Source of the DNA: Candidatus Bathyarchaeota archaeon
Lineage (GTDB): Archaea > Thermoproteota > Bathyarchaeia > TCS64
Assembly (NCBI GenBank): GCA_043826455.1
Contig: JBDRQD010000055.1
Coordinates: 177 to 64,176 of the forward strand
Length of the DNA: 64,000 nt
Reading direction: 5' to 3'
Shown: positions 47,443 to 55,262 of the stretch, one piece after another
Position numbering within the stretch: position 1 is the stretch's first letter
Layout: each line of letters starts with the position of its first letter
Made by a program: the position numbers and the translations under genes
Notes under the pieces: generated by a model
What the model saw: the letters and a program-made list of their open reading frames with translations, nothing else
Told to the model about the DNA's origin: nothing
Database searches by the model: none

Positions 47443-48464
47443 AGCTGGGCACCACATACGCGGTGCTGAGGACCCACGCCAGGATCGCGGACCTCCTGGA
47501 CCAGGAGCACATGAGGCGGCTAGCTGAGGCCCCAGACATCCTGGAGTTCCTGCTCCGGCTCAAGGAGACCCCCTACGGGGAGGTGCAGGTCCAGATGGAC
47601 GACAAGCTGGCCATCAGCCTAGAGAAGGTGTTCATACAGAAGTTCACGGAGCGCATAGAGAGCATCGTCAAGATCACACCTACGAAGATGGGGGAGTTCC
47701 TCCGCGCATACTTCGACCTCCGCTTCGAGGTGGTGAACCTCAAACGCATCCTCAGAGGCAAGTTCACCGAGTCCCCCGAGGAGGAGATAAGGGACTCCCT
47801 CATACCCATCACCCCCTACCTGATAAACAGCTACGACGGACTCATCAGGGCGGATAGCCTGGAGGAGGCTTTGGTCCTCCTTGAGGGGACACCCTACGGG
47901 GAGCTTGTTGAGAAGCTGGAGATATACAAGGAACTGGACGCCCTGTGGCCCCTGGAGCTCACCCTCAACCACATATACGCCAAGAGGACCCTGAGCCTGG
48001 GGAAGGGGCTGCCTAAGAAAAACCAGCACATAGTGGACAGCCTGGCCAAGTTCGAGACCGACGTGGAGAACATCCTAGTGGCCCTCAAACGCCGCGGCAG
48101 GAAGGACGTGGACTTGGGGGAGATATTTCCCGTCACCTACAACGTGGATCAGGAGACCCTCCAGAACGTCATAGAGGCGGAGAGCCTGGGCCAGGCCATC
48201 GACGACCTCAAGGAGCCCTACAGGGGCGTCATGGAGCCCATCAAGACGGGGGACATCGCCCTGGTGCGCGCCATGGTCCGGAAAGGAAAGTACGAGACGG
48301 CCAGCAAGGCCAGATCAGGGGACGAGTTCGGGTTCAACGTGATACTGGCGTTCCTCGTCTACAGCGAAATCGAGAAGGACAACCTTGTCGGCCTAGCCTG
48401 GGGTAAGGTGCAGGGCCTGGGCAGCGAGGAGCTCATGAAGTACATAGTCATCCCCTGGGACTAG
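47439..48464 (+). CDS. atpC: A-type ATP synthase subunit C (V-type d-like)
   Basis: 341 aa, all-helical. YFDLRFEVVNLKRILRGK is typical of subunit C/d. ATGA overlap with atpD. Confidence 0.75.
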   Translation: MKLGTTYAVLRTHARIADLLDQEHMRRLAEAPDILEFLLRLKETPYGEVQVQMDDKLAISLEKVFIQKFTERIESIVKITPTKMGEFLRAYFDLRFEVVNLKRILRGKFTESPEEEIRDSLIPITPYLINSYDGLIRADSLEEALVLLEGTPYGELVEKLEIYKELDALWPLELTLNHIYAKRTLSLGKGLPKKNQHIVDSLAKFETDVENILVALKRRGRKDVDLGEIFPVTYNVDQETLQNVIEAESLGQAIDDLKEPYRGVMEPIKTGDIALVRAMVRKGKYETASKARSGDEFGFNVILAFLVYSEIEKDNLVGLAWGKVQGLGSEELMKYIVIPWD

Positions 48465-48503
48465 CCCCAACCATTTATCTCTCCAGAACCATTCTCTATA
48501 CCC

Positions 48504-49070
48504 ATGAACCAGAAGTGGGAGACAGTCTACTTCGATAAACCCGGCAAGGAGAACACCGAGGAGACGCTGAGGCTGGCGAAGATGCGAGCCGACCAGTTGG
48601 GCATCAGGAACATCGTGGTGGCCAGCTACACGGGCTATACGGGCGCCCAGGCCTCAGAGGTATTCAAGGGCTACAACCTGGTGGTCTCCGCGGGAATGAT
48701 GGGCTTCCAGGAGCCCAACCAGGCCAGGATGAGCCCGGAGCATCTGAGTAAGATGGAGGACAACGGGGCCAAGGTCTTCTACCACCTCCACGCCTTCGGT
48801 GGCCTGGGCCGAGCCGTGAAGAACAAGTTCGGGGCCATCCAGGTGGACGAGATCATAGCCCACACCCTGAGGCTCCTCAGCCAGGGTGTGAAGGTAGGCT
48901 GCGAGATAGCCTGCATGGCGGCGGACGCGGGCCTCATCAGGACAGACGAGGAGTGTGTGGCCGTTGGGGGAAGCGGCGGAGGGGCCGACTCGGCCGTGGT
49001 GCTGCTTCCGGCCAACACTCACAGGTTCTTCGATACGAGGATAAGGGAGATAGTCTGCAAGCCCAGGTGA
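48504..49070 (+). CDS. Pyruvate kinase C-terminal (alpha/beta) domain-like protein
   Basis: VYFDKPGKENTEETLRLAKMRADQLGIRNIVVASYTGYTG resembles stand-alone archaeal PK-C-like proteins. 188 aa. Confidence 0.55.
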   Translation: MNQKWETVYFDKPGKENTEETLRLAKMRADQLGIRNIVVASYTGYTGAQASEVFKGYNLVVSAGMMGFQEPNQARMSPEHLSKMEDNGAKVFYHLHAFGGLGRAVKNKFGAIQVDEIIAHTLRLLSQGVKVGCEIACMAADAGLIRTDEECVAVGGSGGGADSAVVLLPANTHRFFDTRIREIVCKPR

Positions 49071-49236
49071 GCTACCTCACCAGGACGTTCTTGGCCCACC
49101 ACTTTATTATGGGGGCCATCATCATGAGCCACGTCATGAGGAAGTTCAGCACTTTGATGGTTTCAAGGTCCATGGTTCGTCTGAGATATACTATACTGGT
49201 ATTCCATATTATTGTAACTGATTAATGATACGTATT

Positions 49237-49268
49237 CAGATGTAAAACACAGTGTAAACAGATGTATG
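49237..49268 (+). repeat. Three ~11-nt imperfect direct repeats (CAG(A)TGTA core) inside a 340-bp AT-rich non-coding region
   Basis: CAGATGTAAAA / CACAGTGTAAA / CAGATGTATG, read directly. Confidence 0.5.
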
Positions 49269-49413
49269 TTTGAGGTGAACAAAGAAAAAAATTGTAATTA
49301 AAACATAAAAAACGCCAGAAAAAAGAAAATAGATTAACATTAAAATATAAATTGATGGTGATAGATGAACGAGGGAAAGGTTAAACATCATTGACGTAAA
49401 TCAATCTGGCATC

Positions 49414-49650
49414 ATGGACATGCCAAAGGACACGATTAACAGGATCGTGTCGGAGAACCTGAGTAAACTCTACGGAGGCAACCTGCTCAGCCTGGAGGTT
49501 GTGGGGGCCATGCCCTACCCCCTGAAGAAGGACAAGTACGTGGCCATATACAACCTCCGCCTCAAGGAGCAGCCCCCCATCATGCTGGCCAAAATCGTGG
49601 TGAACCTAGCCTCGGGCGAGTTGGAGGCGTACGAGCCCGACCTCCTCTAG
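49414..49650 (+). CDS. Small hypothetical protein
   Basis: 78-aa ORF with GC and codon usage like its neighbours and no recognisable motif. Confidence 0.4.
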   Translation: MDMPKDTINRIVSENLSKLYGGNLLSLEVVGAMPYPLKKDKYVAIYNLRLKEQPPIMLAKIVVNLASGELEAYEPDLL

Positions 49651-50342
49651 TCTATTCTCCTGATGATTTTCACTGCTTCCTTCAGGTTACTAGTCTCGTA
49701 GTCCGGCTGCTGCTCGGGGCTCGACGGCTTCTCCTCCATGTCCCTGTTCACCCAGATGGTCCAGATGCCAACCAGCTTGGCCGGCCTTATGTCGCTGAGA
49801 GGCGTATCCCCCACGCTCACAGTCTCCCGGGGCTTCGACCCCAGAATACTCAGGGCCTTCCTGTAGTACCCTGGCTCCGTCTTGAGGAGCCCCAGCTTCG
49901 GCTCGCTGAAGGTCTCAGTGAAGTAGCTTTTCCCTGTCCGCTTCTCCAGGGTCTCGGCCTTCCTCTCGGCCCCGAAGCCTGTGCTCAGGCAGAGGGTGAC
50001 CCCCATCTCCTTGAGCGCATCCAGCGCGGGGATGACGTCAGGGTAGTATATGGGGTCAGCCTGGGCCTTCTCGTTGGCCTCCTCGAACTTTGTGCATATC
50101 TCCTCGGCCGCGGTCTTGTCGAAAGGGAGCCTGAGCTGGTCGAATAGGAGCCTGCAGTGGAATATGGCGTCGTCGTGGCGGTCCAGGTACCTGGTGTGGA
50201 TTAGGGCCCTGTGGACGTCGTACACCCAGATCCTGTACAGGTCCTCCCCGCTGTAGCCCAGGACGCCATCCAGGCTCCTCTCCATGACGCCGTCCATGTC
50301 GTGGATGGTGCTGTCGTAGTCCATGAGGACGGTCCTGATCAT
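49647..50342 (-). CDS. HAD-superfamily hydrolase
   Basis: Motif I VLMDYDSTIHD (DxDxT). Late motif VGDTPLSDI. 231 aa. Confidence 0.75.
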   Translation of the reverse strand: MIRTVLMDYDSTIHDMDGVMERSLDGVLGYSGEDLYRIWVYDVHRALIHTRYLDRHDDAIFHCRLLFDQLRLPFDKTAAEEICTKFEEANEKAQADPIYYPDVIPALDALKEMGVTLCLSTGFGAERKAETLEKRTGKSYFTETFSEPKLGLLKTEPGYYRKALSILGSKPRETVSVGDTPLSDIRPAKLVGIWTIWVNRDMEEKPSSPEQQPDYETSNLKEAVKIIRRID

Positions 50343-50386
50343 GGTTCAAGGGATGCCGCGGCTTTATTTAACACCCGGCCCATTCA

Positions 50387-50767
50387 ATGGGTATGAGGGT
50401 CAGGGTTCCCGAGGCGGTGCTGGGGGGGATTATGGAGCTGGCCGTGGGCGCCCACCCCCGGGAGATGATAATGCTCCTCAGGGGCGAGAGGGCCGGCGGA
50501 GATGTGAAGATCACGGAGACTCTTTTTCCGCCCATGGGCGTGGGGGGCAGGGGCTTCGCCAGCTTCCCCGTCCACATGCTGCCCATCGACCTGAGCATAG
50601 TGGGCACGGTTCACAGTCACCCCTCGGGCAACCTCAGCCCCTCACAGGGGGACTTTAACGGCTTCTACGGGCGCATCATGATGATCGTTGGGCCTCCCTT
50701 CGACAGGTCAGCCGTGGCCGTGTACGACAGGCGGGGCGAGAGGCTGGAGGTCGAGGTGGTCGGCTGA
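50387..50767 (+). CDS. JAMM/MPN+ metalloprotease (stand-alone, desampylase/Rpn11-like)
   Basis: JAMM motif HSHPSGNLSPSQGD with an upstream Glu (HPREMIMLL). 126 aa. Confidence 0.85.
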   Translation: MGMRVRVPEAVLGGIMELAVGAHPREMIMLLRGERAGGDVKITETLFPPMGVGGRGFASFPVHMLPIDLSIVGTVHSHPSGNLSPSQGDFNGFYGRIMMIVGPPFDRSAVAVYDRRGERLEVEVVG

Positions 50768-51364
50768 GTGGGCTCTAAGCGGCTGAGCACGGCCAAGGCC
50801 GTGTCCCTCGTCTTCAACGCCCCGTTCCTGGCGGTGTGCACGTTCCTCTACGTCTACCTGAGAGCAGAGCCTACTCCCGGCTATGGGCTGATGGTAGCCG
50901 CCGCGTTCTTCTCGGGTGTTCTGCCCATCCTCCTGATACTGTACATGAAGAGGAGCGGAATAGTGTCCGAGATGATGGTGGATAGCAGGGAGGACAGGAC
51001 CAGGCCCTTCCTGGGGGCCCTGGCCAGCTACCTTCTCGGCGCTGCGTTTCTACGTCTCCTGGGTGCTCCCCCAGGCATGGTCTACCTCATGGCCTGCTAC
51101 TTCGTGAACAGTCTCGCCATGATGCTCATCACCCTAAGGTACAAGATCAGCATCCACGCCGCCGGTGTGGCGGGCCCCTCCGTGTTCCTGGTCCGCCTGT
51201 ATGGTTTAGCCATCTGGCCCTTCCTGCTGGTGGCCGCTGTCGTCTCTTGGGCCCGGTACCAGCTTGAGGTGCACACCGTCTGGCAGCTCATACTGGGCCT
51301 CTTGGTCACCGGGCTGCTTACCTACGTCCAGTTGGAGGTCTACCCTTTCATCCTCCCACTATGA
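50768..51364 (+). CDS. Membrane protein, weak PAP2-like features
   Basis: 198 aa with ~6 TM helices, GTG start directly after the JAMM stop. SREDRTRPF / SIHAAG / RYQLEVHTV loosely resemble PAP2 motifs. Confidence 0.4.
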   Translation: MGSKRLSTAKAVSLVFNAPFLAVCTFLYVYLRAEPTPGYGLMVAAAFFSGVLPILLILYMKRSGIVSEMMVDSREDRTRPFLGALASYLLGAAFLRLLGAPPGMVYLMACYFVNSLAMMLITLRYKISIHAAGVAGPSVFLVRLYGLAIWPFLLVAAVVSWARYQLEVHTVWQLILGLLVTGLLTYVQLEVYPFILPL

Positions 51365-51548
51365 TGGGGAAGATGGCGACCTCGTCCCCCGGTGCAAGCC
51401 TGGCCGAGTCCCATAGCCGTTTGCCGTTGACGACGACACCCACGACTCTTCTGTCGTAGGCGTAGAGGGTCTCCTCCCCCAGCCCGGCTATGAACTCCCG
51501 GAGAGTGGATGCTTCCTCCACCGTCAGGGTCATGGGCTTGGGGTACAC
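51348..51548 (-). CDS. ThiS/MoaD/SAMP-like ubiquitin-fold protein ending in Gly-Gly
   Basis: 66 aa. The C-terminus is GDEVAIFPIIVGG-stop, and VVVNGKRL is typical of the ThiS/MoaD beta-grasp. Confidence 0.75.
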   Translation of the reverse strand: MYPKPMTLTVEEASTLREFIAGLGEETLYAYDRRVVGVVVNGKRLWDSARLAPGDEVAIFPIIVGG

Positions 51549-51573
51549 GGTTATGAACTGTGAATGGCTGCAG

Positions 51574-51972
51574 TTAATCCTTGTCTAGGCCCATATCCCT
51601 GCGCCGCTGCAGGTACCGGCGGTACCAGGTGTCAACGTTGTCCCTGGTGACGTGGCTCTTGTGGTGCCTGAAGCCGCCCTTGAAGCCCTGGGGGATGTGC
51701 ATGAGCTCGTGGATGAGGGTCCTGTTCTGGACCTCCACGGGGTAGAAGTCGAATAGCTCGTGGATGACCTCGATGATGTAGGTGGGCTCCATCCTCATGG
51801 CCTCCTGCCATATCTTGCCCAGGCCGTGGATGCGGGCGATGGTGCGCTTGGCCTCGCTGCCCCTGCTCCTGACGCAGTAGATCCTCGCCAGGTCCACGTG
51901 GTCGAACCTGAGGAGCTCAGTGATCTCCGTGATGCGTCTCTTGATGTCCGGGGCCTCGAAGTACTCGATCAC
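51574..51972 (-). CDS. Putative zinc metallopeptidase (HExxH; archaeal SprT/Wss1-like small family)
   Basis: HELMHIPQGFKGGFRHH. 132 aa. It lies directly upstream of, and co-directional with, the Gly-Gly protein. Confidence 0.65.
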   Translation of the reverse strand: MIEYFEAPDIKRRITEITELLRFDHVDLARIYCVRSRGSEAKRTIARIHGLGKIWQEAMRMEPTYIIEVIHELFDFYPVEVQNRTLIHELMHIPQGFKGGFRHHKSHVTRDNVDTWYRRYLQRRRDMGLDKD

Positions 51973-52015
51973 GGGTGTGCATGGGTGCCGGCGCGTAAAA
52001 ACTCAGCGGCAAAGC

Positions 52016-52042
52016 TTATTGGATGGATGATCCATCCAATAA
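52016..52042. promoter_or_regulatory. Perfect 27-bp palindrome (13-nt arms, 1-nt centre) centred on the start codon of the downstream membrane protein gene
   Basis: TTATTGGATGGAT-G-ATCCATCCAATAA. The centre G (52029) is the G of ATG 52027..52029. Confidence 0.8.
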
Positions 52043-52581
52043 CCGTGGACTTGGAGAGAGAGCTGACCCCCGCCAGGAAGGCGTCCCTGCTGGCCGTGTT
52101 CACGGCTGCGGCGGTGGCCACCAACTACCTGCTAATCGGGGTGGTTAACGTGAAGTTTATGGACCTCATTGTGTTCTCGGGGGGGTACCTGTATGGGGCC
52201 GGTTTCGGCGCCACCCTTGGGGCCATGGTCTGGCTTGTGTACGGCACGGTCAACCCCTACGGGTTTAACCTGCCGACGCTGGCGGCGACCATGCTGGGGG
52301 AAACTTTGTACGGGGTGGCCGGTGGGGTCATCAGGAGGAGCATGGGTGTGAGGCCGGGGTGGAGCCCTGATGCTCGTCTGGGGGTGGTGGGTTTTCTGCT
52401 TACCTTCGTGTACGACCTCTTCACCAACGTGGTCTCCGCCTACGTGGCGGGGGTGCCTGTGGCCGTGGCCCTCATTGGGGGCGTTCCCTTCGCCCTGCTG
52501 CACGAGGTGAGTAACGCCGTCTTCTTCTCGGTAGGTGTCCCGCCTCTCCTCCAGGCCGTGAAAAGAGTTGAAACATCATGA
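52027..52581 (+). CDS. Polytopic membrane protein, ECF-transporter S-component-like
   Basis: I prefer ATG 52027 (MIHPITVDLER). The upstream 89 codons of track ORF 51760..52581 overlap the metallopeptidase gene antisense. ~6 TM helices. Followed by a DUF4430-like gene with ATGA overlap. Confidence 0.55.
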   Translation: MIHPITVDLERELTPARKASLLAVFTAAAVATNYLLIGVVNVKFMDLIVFSGGYLYGAGFGATLGAMVWLVYGTVNPYGFNLPTLAATMLGETLYGVAGGVIRRSMGVRPGWSPDARLGVVGFLLTFVYDLFTNVVSAYVAGVPVAVALIGGVPFALLHEVSNAVFFSVGVPPLLQAVKRVETS

Positions 52582-53024
52582 TCAGTGATTCGAGCTACAA
52601 GTGGGTGGCCGCGGCTCTCCTGTGCACTACCTTCGTCTCGGGGGCCGCCGCCCTATACCTGAACAACAGGGTGAACACCCTGGAGGCGGACTACATGAAG
52701 GCCCTCAATGAGCTGGAGGAGTTTACAGTGACAGTGGACATCATGATAGACTACGGCAACGGCACAGTGGCCTGGTACAATGAGACCCGGGTCGCTGCCG
52801 GCGAGTCCCTCCTGGAAGCTTCCGGGCGGGTGGCTGAGCTGGACTACTCGGTTACCGAGTACGGGGCCTTCGTCAACGCGGTGAACGGGGTCAGCGGTGA
52901 GCCCAACAAGTACTGGATGTGGAGCTACTACGACGGGGGCTGGCAGTATGGACCCGTGGGGGCCGACCAGTGGAGGCTCCACAGCGGTGACAGGGTTGCC
53001 TGGGTCTACACGGGATTCTCATAA
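52578..53024 (+). CDS. DUF4430-like secreted/anchored protein
   Basis: N-terminal TM helix, then YGNGTVAWYNE..SLLEA..GAFVNAVNGV..YWMWSYYDGGWQYGPVGADQWRLHSGDRVAWVY, the pattern of DUF4430 domains. Confidence 0.6.
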   Translation: MISDSSYKWVAAALLCTTFVSGAAALYLNNRVNTLEADYMKALNELEEFTVTVDIMIDYGNGTVAWYNETRVAAGESLLEASGRVAELDYSVTEYGAFVNAVNGVSGEPNKYWMWSYYDGGWQYGPVGADQWRLHSGDRVAWVYTGFS

Positions 53025-53055
53025 AACTTAACCGGGGCAGGGTGAATCAGAGACC

Positions 53056-53658
53056 GTGAACCCCGTCGAGACCCTCTACGCCTTGTCTGGGAAGGAGGCA
53101 CCCGGCCGCTCACCGGAGTTCACTGCAGCCCACGTGCTCATGGCTCTGCGGATAATAGGGGAGCGGGGCCCGGGCAGGCAGCAGCTCTCCGCTGAGCTCC
53201 GGCTGGGGGAGGGCACCGTCAGGAACCTGCTGAGGAGGCTAACGGAGGAGGGACTTGTGTCATCCACAAGGCGGGGCGTAGCGCTGACGGCAGAGGGGGA
53301 GGGGCTGATGGACGAGCTGGGGGCGGTCATCAGGGGCAGGCCTGTTCCCAGGAGCCGGCTCACTGTGGGGGAGCACAACCACGCTGTGCTGGTGAAGGGG
53401 GGCGCCGCCGGGGTCCGTTTCGGCGTGGAGCAGAGAGACAGAGCCCTCATGTCTGGTGCGTTGGGCGCCACGACCCTGGTGGTGGAGGGTGGGGGCCTCA
53501 AGGCGCCGGCCCTTGCGGATGTGGTCGAGGAGGCTCTGAGGGACGGCATCACGGAGCTCTCTCCTGAGGACGGAGACGCCGTGATAATTGGCACGGGCGA
53601 CTCCCCCTTCTGGGCGGAGATCGGAGCCCTCTCCGCTGGCCTGGAGATGCTTCGTTAG
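53056..53658 (+). CDS. Winged-helix DNA-binding protein (DUF4443-like archaeal regulator)
   Basis: AHVLMALRIIGERGPGRQQLSAELRLGEGTVRNLLRRLTEEGLV followed by a ~120-aa C-terminal domain. GTG start. Confidence 0.6.
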   Translation: MNPVETLYALSGKEAPGRSPEFTAAHVLMALRIIGERGPGRQQLSAELRLGEGTVRNLLRRLTEEGLVSSTRRGVALTAEGEGLMDELGAVIRGRPVPRSRLTVGEHNHAVLVKGGAAGVRFGVEQRDRALMSGALGATTLVVEGGGLKAPALADVVEEALRDGITELSPEDGDAVIIGTGDSPFWAEIGALSAGLEMLR

Positions 53659-53668
53659 GCTGATTGGT

Positions 53669-53700
53669 CTCAATATTTTAACCCCCAAACCCAAACCCAA
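53669..53700 (+). repeat. Left copy of a ~30-nt direct repeat flanking the QueG-like gene
   Basis: CTCAATATTTTAAC (53669..53682) + CCCCAAACCCAAACCCAA. Compare with 54664..54691. Confidence 0.8.
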
Positions 53701-53830
53701 TTTCTTTCAATTTTTTTTCTGTATTCTTTTTATTTCTCTCTTTCCATACCACTTATCATGTATATCATGTATTTCACAAAAAGTCGCGCGCAAAATAGAG
53801 TTAAATAAACCTTTTAACTATTTTTAGATC

Positions 53831-54649
53831 ATGACTTCTGAAAAAGGGAAAACCGCGGATGAGGTCATCAAATTAACTCAAGAGTTGAAGGAATACGCTA
53901 AGTCATACAGCTCCTGGCAGACACGCGCAGACCTCGTGGGGATAATCCCAGCGGAGAGGCTTGATGAGATACCCAGCTACCGGCAAGATTGGATGAATAC
54001 ATCCACCATGAAAACAACGGAGCAGATGAAGGACGCCAAATCAATCATTCTCCTCGGATACCATGCTTCAGATGACATCTATGAGGTCGTTGTGAGAAAG
54101 GGAGACTCAGCACAATTCCTCGGATACCTCCCATTAGGAATAAATCAACGAGAATTAATCCGTCAACTTCAGGCCAAGGGATTCGAGGCGAAGGTGGCTG
54201 ACGATAGGCTGCCGAAGAAGCAGATGGCTAGGCTGGCGGGATTCGGCAACTATGGTAAAAACGCTCTTATAATCACCCCAAAATATGGTCCTTGGATCAG
54301 GCTAGCTGCGATTATCACCAACGCCGAGTTCGTTTACGATGAGCCGTTCGATAAGGATCTCTGCGGAGACTGCGATAAATGTGTCAAAGCCTGCCCGACT
54401 GGGGCATTGACCCCTTACAGGATTGATTATACGAAATGTCTCGTTAACCCATATGATTATGATGACTGGGCTAAACTGATCTCAGGCGAGTTAAAATTTA
54501 GTGAAAAGTTCAGCAAAACGCCAGATGTTGACACAATCTTTAGCAAGCACAGCCCGAGACTCACCGACAATTCGGTATTGATGTGCATGACCTGTCAGAG
54601 GGCTTGCCCATATGGGAGAAAAGAGCGAGGGTTAGAGAAGAAAAGTTAG
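53831..54649 (+). CDS. QueG/reductive-dehalogenase-superfamily 4Fe-4S protein (epoxyqueuosine reductase-like)
   Basis: ARLAGFGNYGKNALIITPKYGPWIRLAAIITNAEF, CGDCDKCVKACPTGAL and CMTCQRACPYG. Visibly lower GC than the surrounding genes. Confidence 0.6.
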   Translation: MTSEKGKTADEVIKLTQELKEYAKSYSSWQTRADLVGIIPAERLDEIPSYRQDWMNTSTMKTTEQMKDAKSIILLGYHASDDIYEVVVRKGDSAQFLGYLPLGINQRELIRQLQAKGFEAKVADDRLPKKQMARLAGFGNYGKNALIITPKYGPWIRLAAIITNAEFVYDEPFDKDLCGDCDKCVKACPTGALTPYRIDYTKCLVNPYDYDDWAKLISGELKFSEKFSKTPDVDTIFSKHSPRLTDNSVLMCMTCQRACPYGRKERGLEKKS

Positions 54650-54663
54650 GTTTGGGTTTGGGG

Positions 54664-54691
54664 CTCAATATTTTAACGCCAACCCAAATCC
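54664..54691 (+). repeat. Right copy of the direct repeat, preceded by an inverted G-rich arm
   Basis: CTCAATATTTTAAC (54664..54677) + GCCAACCCAAATCC. It is preceded by GGTTTGGGTTTGGGG (54649..54663), which is the reverse complement of the C/A-rich tail. Confidence 0.8.
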
Positions 54692-54790
54692 ACATGCTCC
54701 CTCTCACACATTCACACACAAGCACATGTTAGAATTGAGCGCGTACGCTCGCTCTATTCTTAAGGGCCTCAAAAAAAGGGAAGTGGTTGT

Positions 54791-55051
54791 TTACTGGCTG
54801 AAGTAATCCATTTCTAAATGCGAAACTTTGCTATAGTCTCTTGATAGTTTCCTGCCCATCTCCATCCATTTCTCGAATGTCTCCGCCTCGAAGAAGTATG
54901 CCCAGTGATACTTCTTGTTGTGGGGGCCCCATCGTCCCATGTATTTTACTCCTGTCTCTTTACAGGCTTTCTCGACCTCTTTGTCCCACTTCTTCAGTTC
55001 TTCCATTGTTCCATCCCAGTCGATGTACTCGATAATCCTCATCTTTTTCAT
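54791..55051 (-). CDS. Small hypothetical protein (low-GC)
   Basis: 86-aa ORF rich in K/E/W/Y. A T7 tract (A7 on the plus strand, 54771..54777) follows its stop. No motif recognised. Confidence 0.45.
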   Translation of the reverse strand: MKKMRIIEYIDWDGTMEELKKWDKEVEKACKETGVKYMGRWGPHNKKYHWAYFFEAETFEKWMEMGRKLSRDYSKVSHLEMDYFSQ

Positions 55052-55262
55052 CCTCTCTTCTTTTTTTTATTTAAAAGAACAAATAAAAAACAATTAATTA
55101 ACTATTTAAATTTTTTTTGCGGGAGATTTAGCTATCCATCCCTCAACCCCGTGCAGAGCCTTTCGTACCCATCAAATTCCTTTTGGTTGGGCCTTAATTA
55201 ATAGGGCAATCATGTGCGTAGCCGTTGGTTAATGCTAAATGGGCTGAAGTCATGTCTCATCT

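Noticed and set aside
48953-49225. 90-aa plus-strand ORF at the end of the PK-C-like gene
   Set aside because: It overlaps the 3' end of a better-supported gene in another frame and runs into the AT-rich spacer. The composition is implausible.
49071-49413. Replication origin
   Set aside because: I could see no ORB/mini-ORB-type inverted repeats, and there is no adjacent cdc6/orc1 gene. Only AT-richness and short direct repeats are present.
51760-52026. N-terminal 89 codons of track ORF 51760..52581
   Set aside because: This part overlaps the HExxH peptidase gene antisense and is Asp/Gly/Ala/Leu-rich with no membrane character. The hydrophobic protein begins at ATG 52027.
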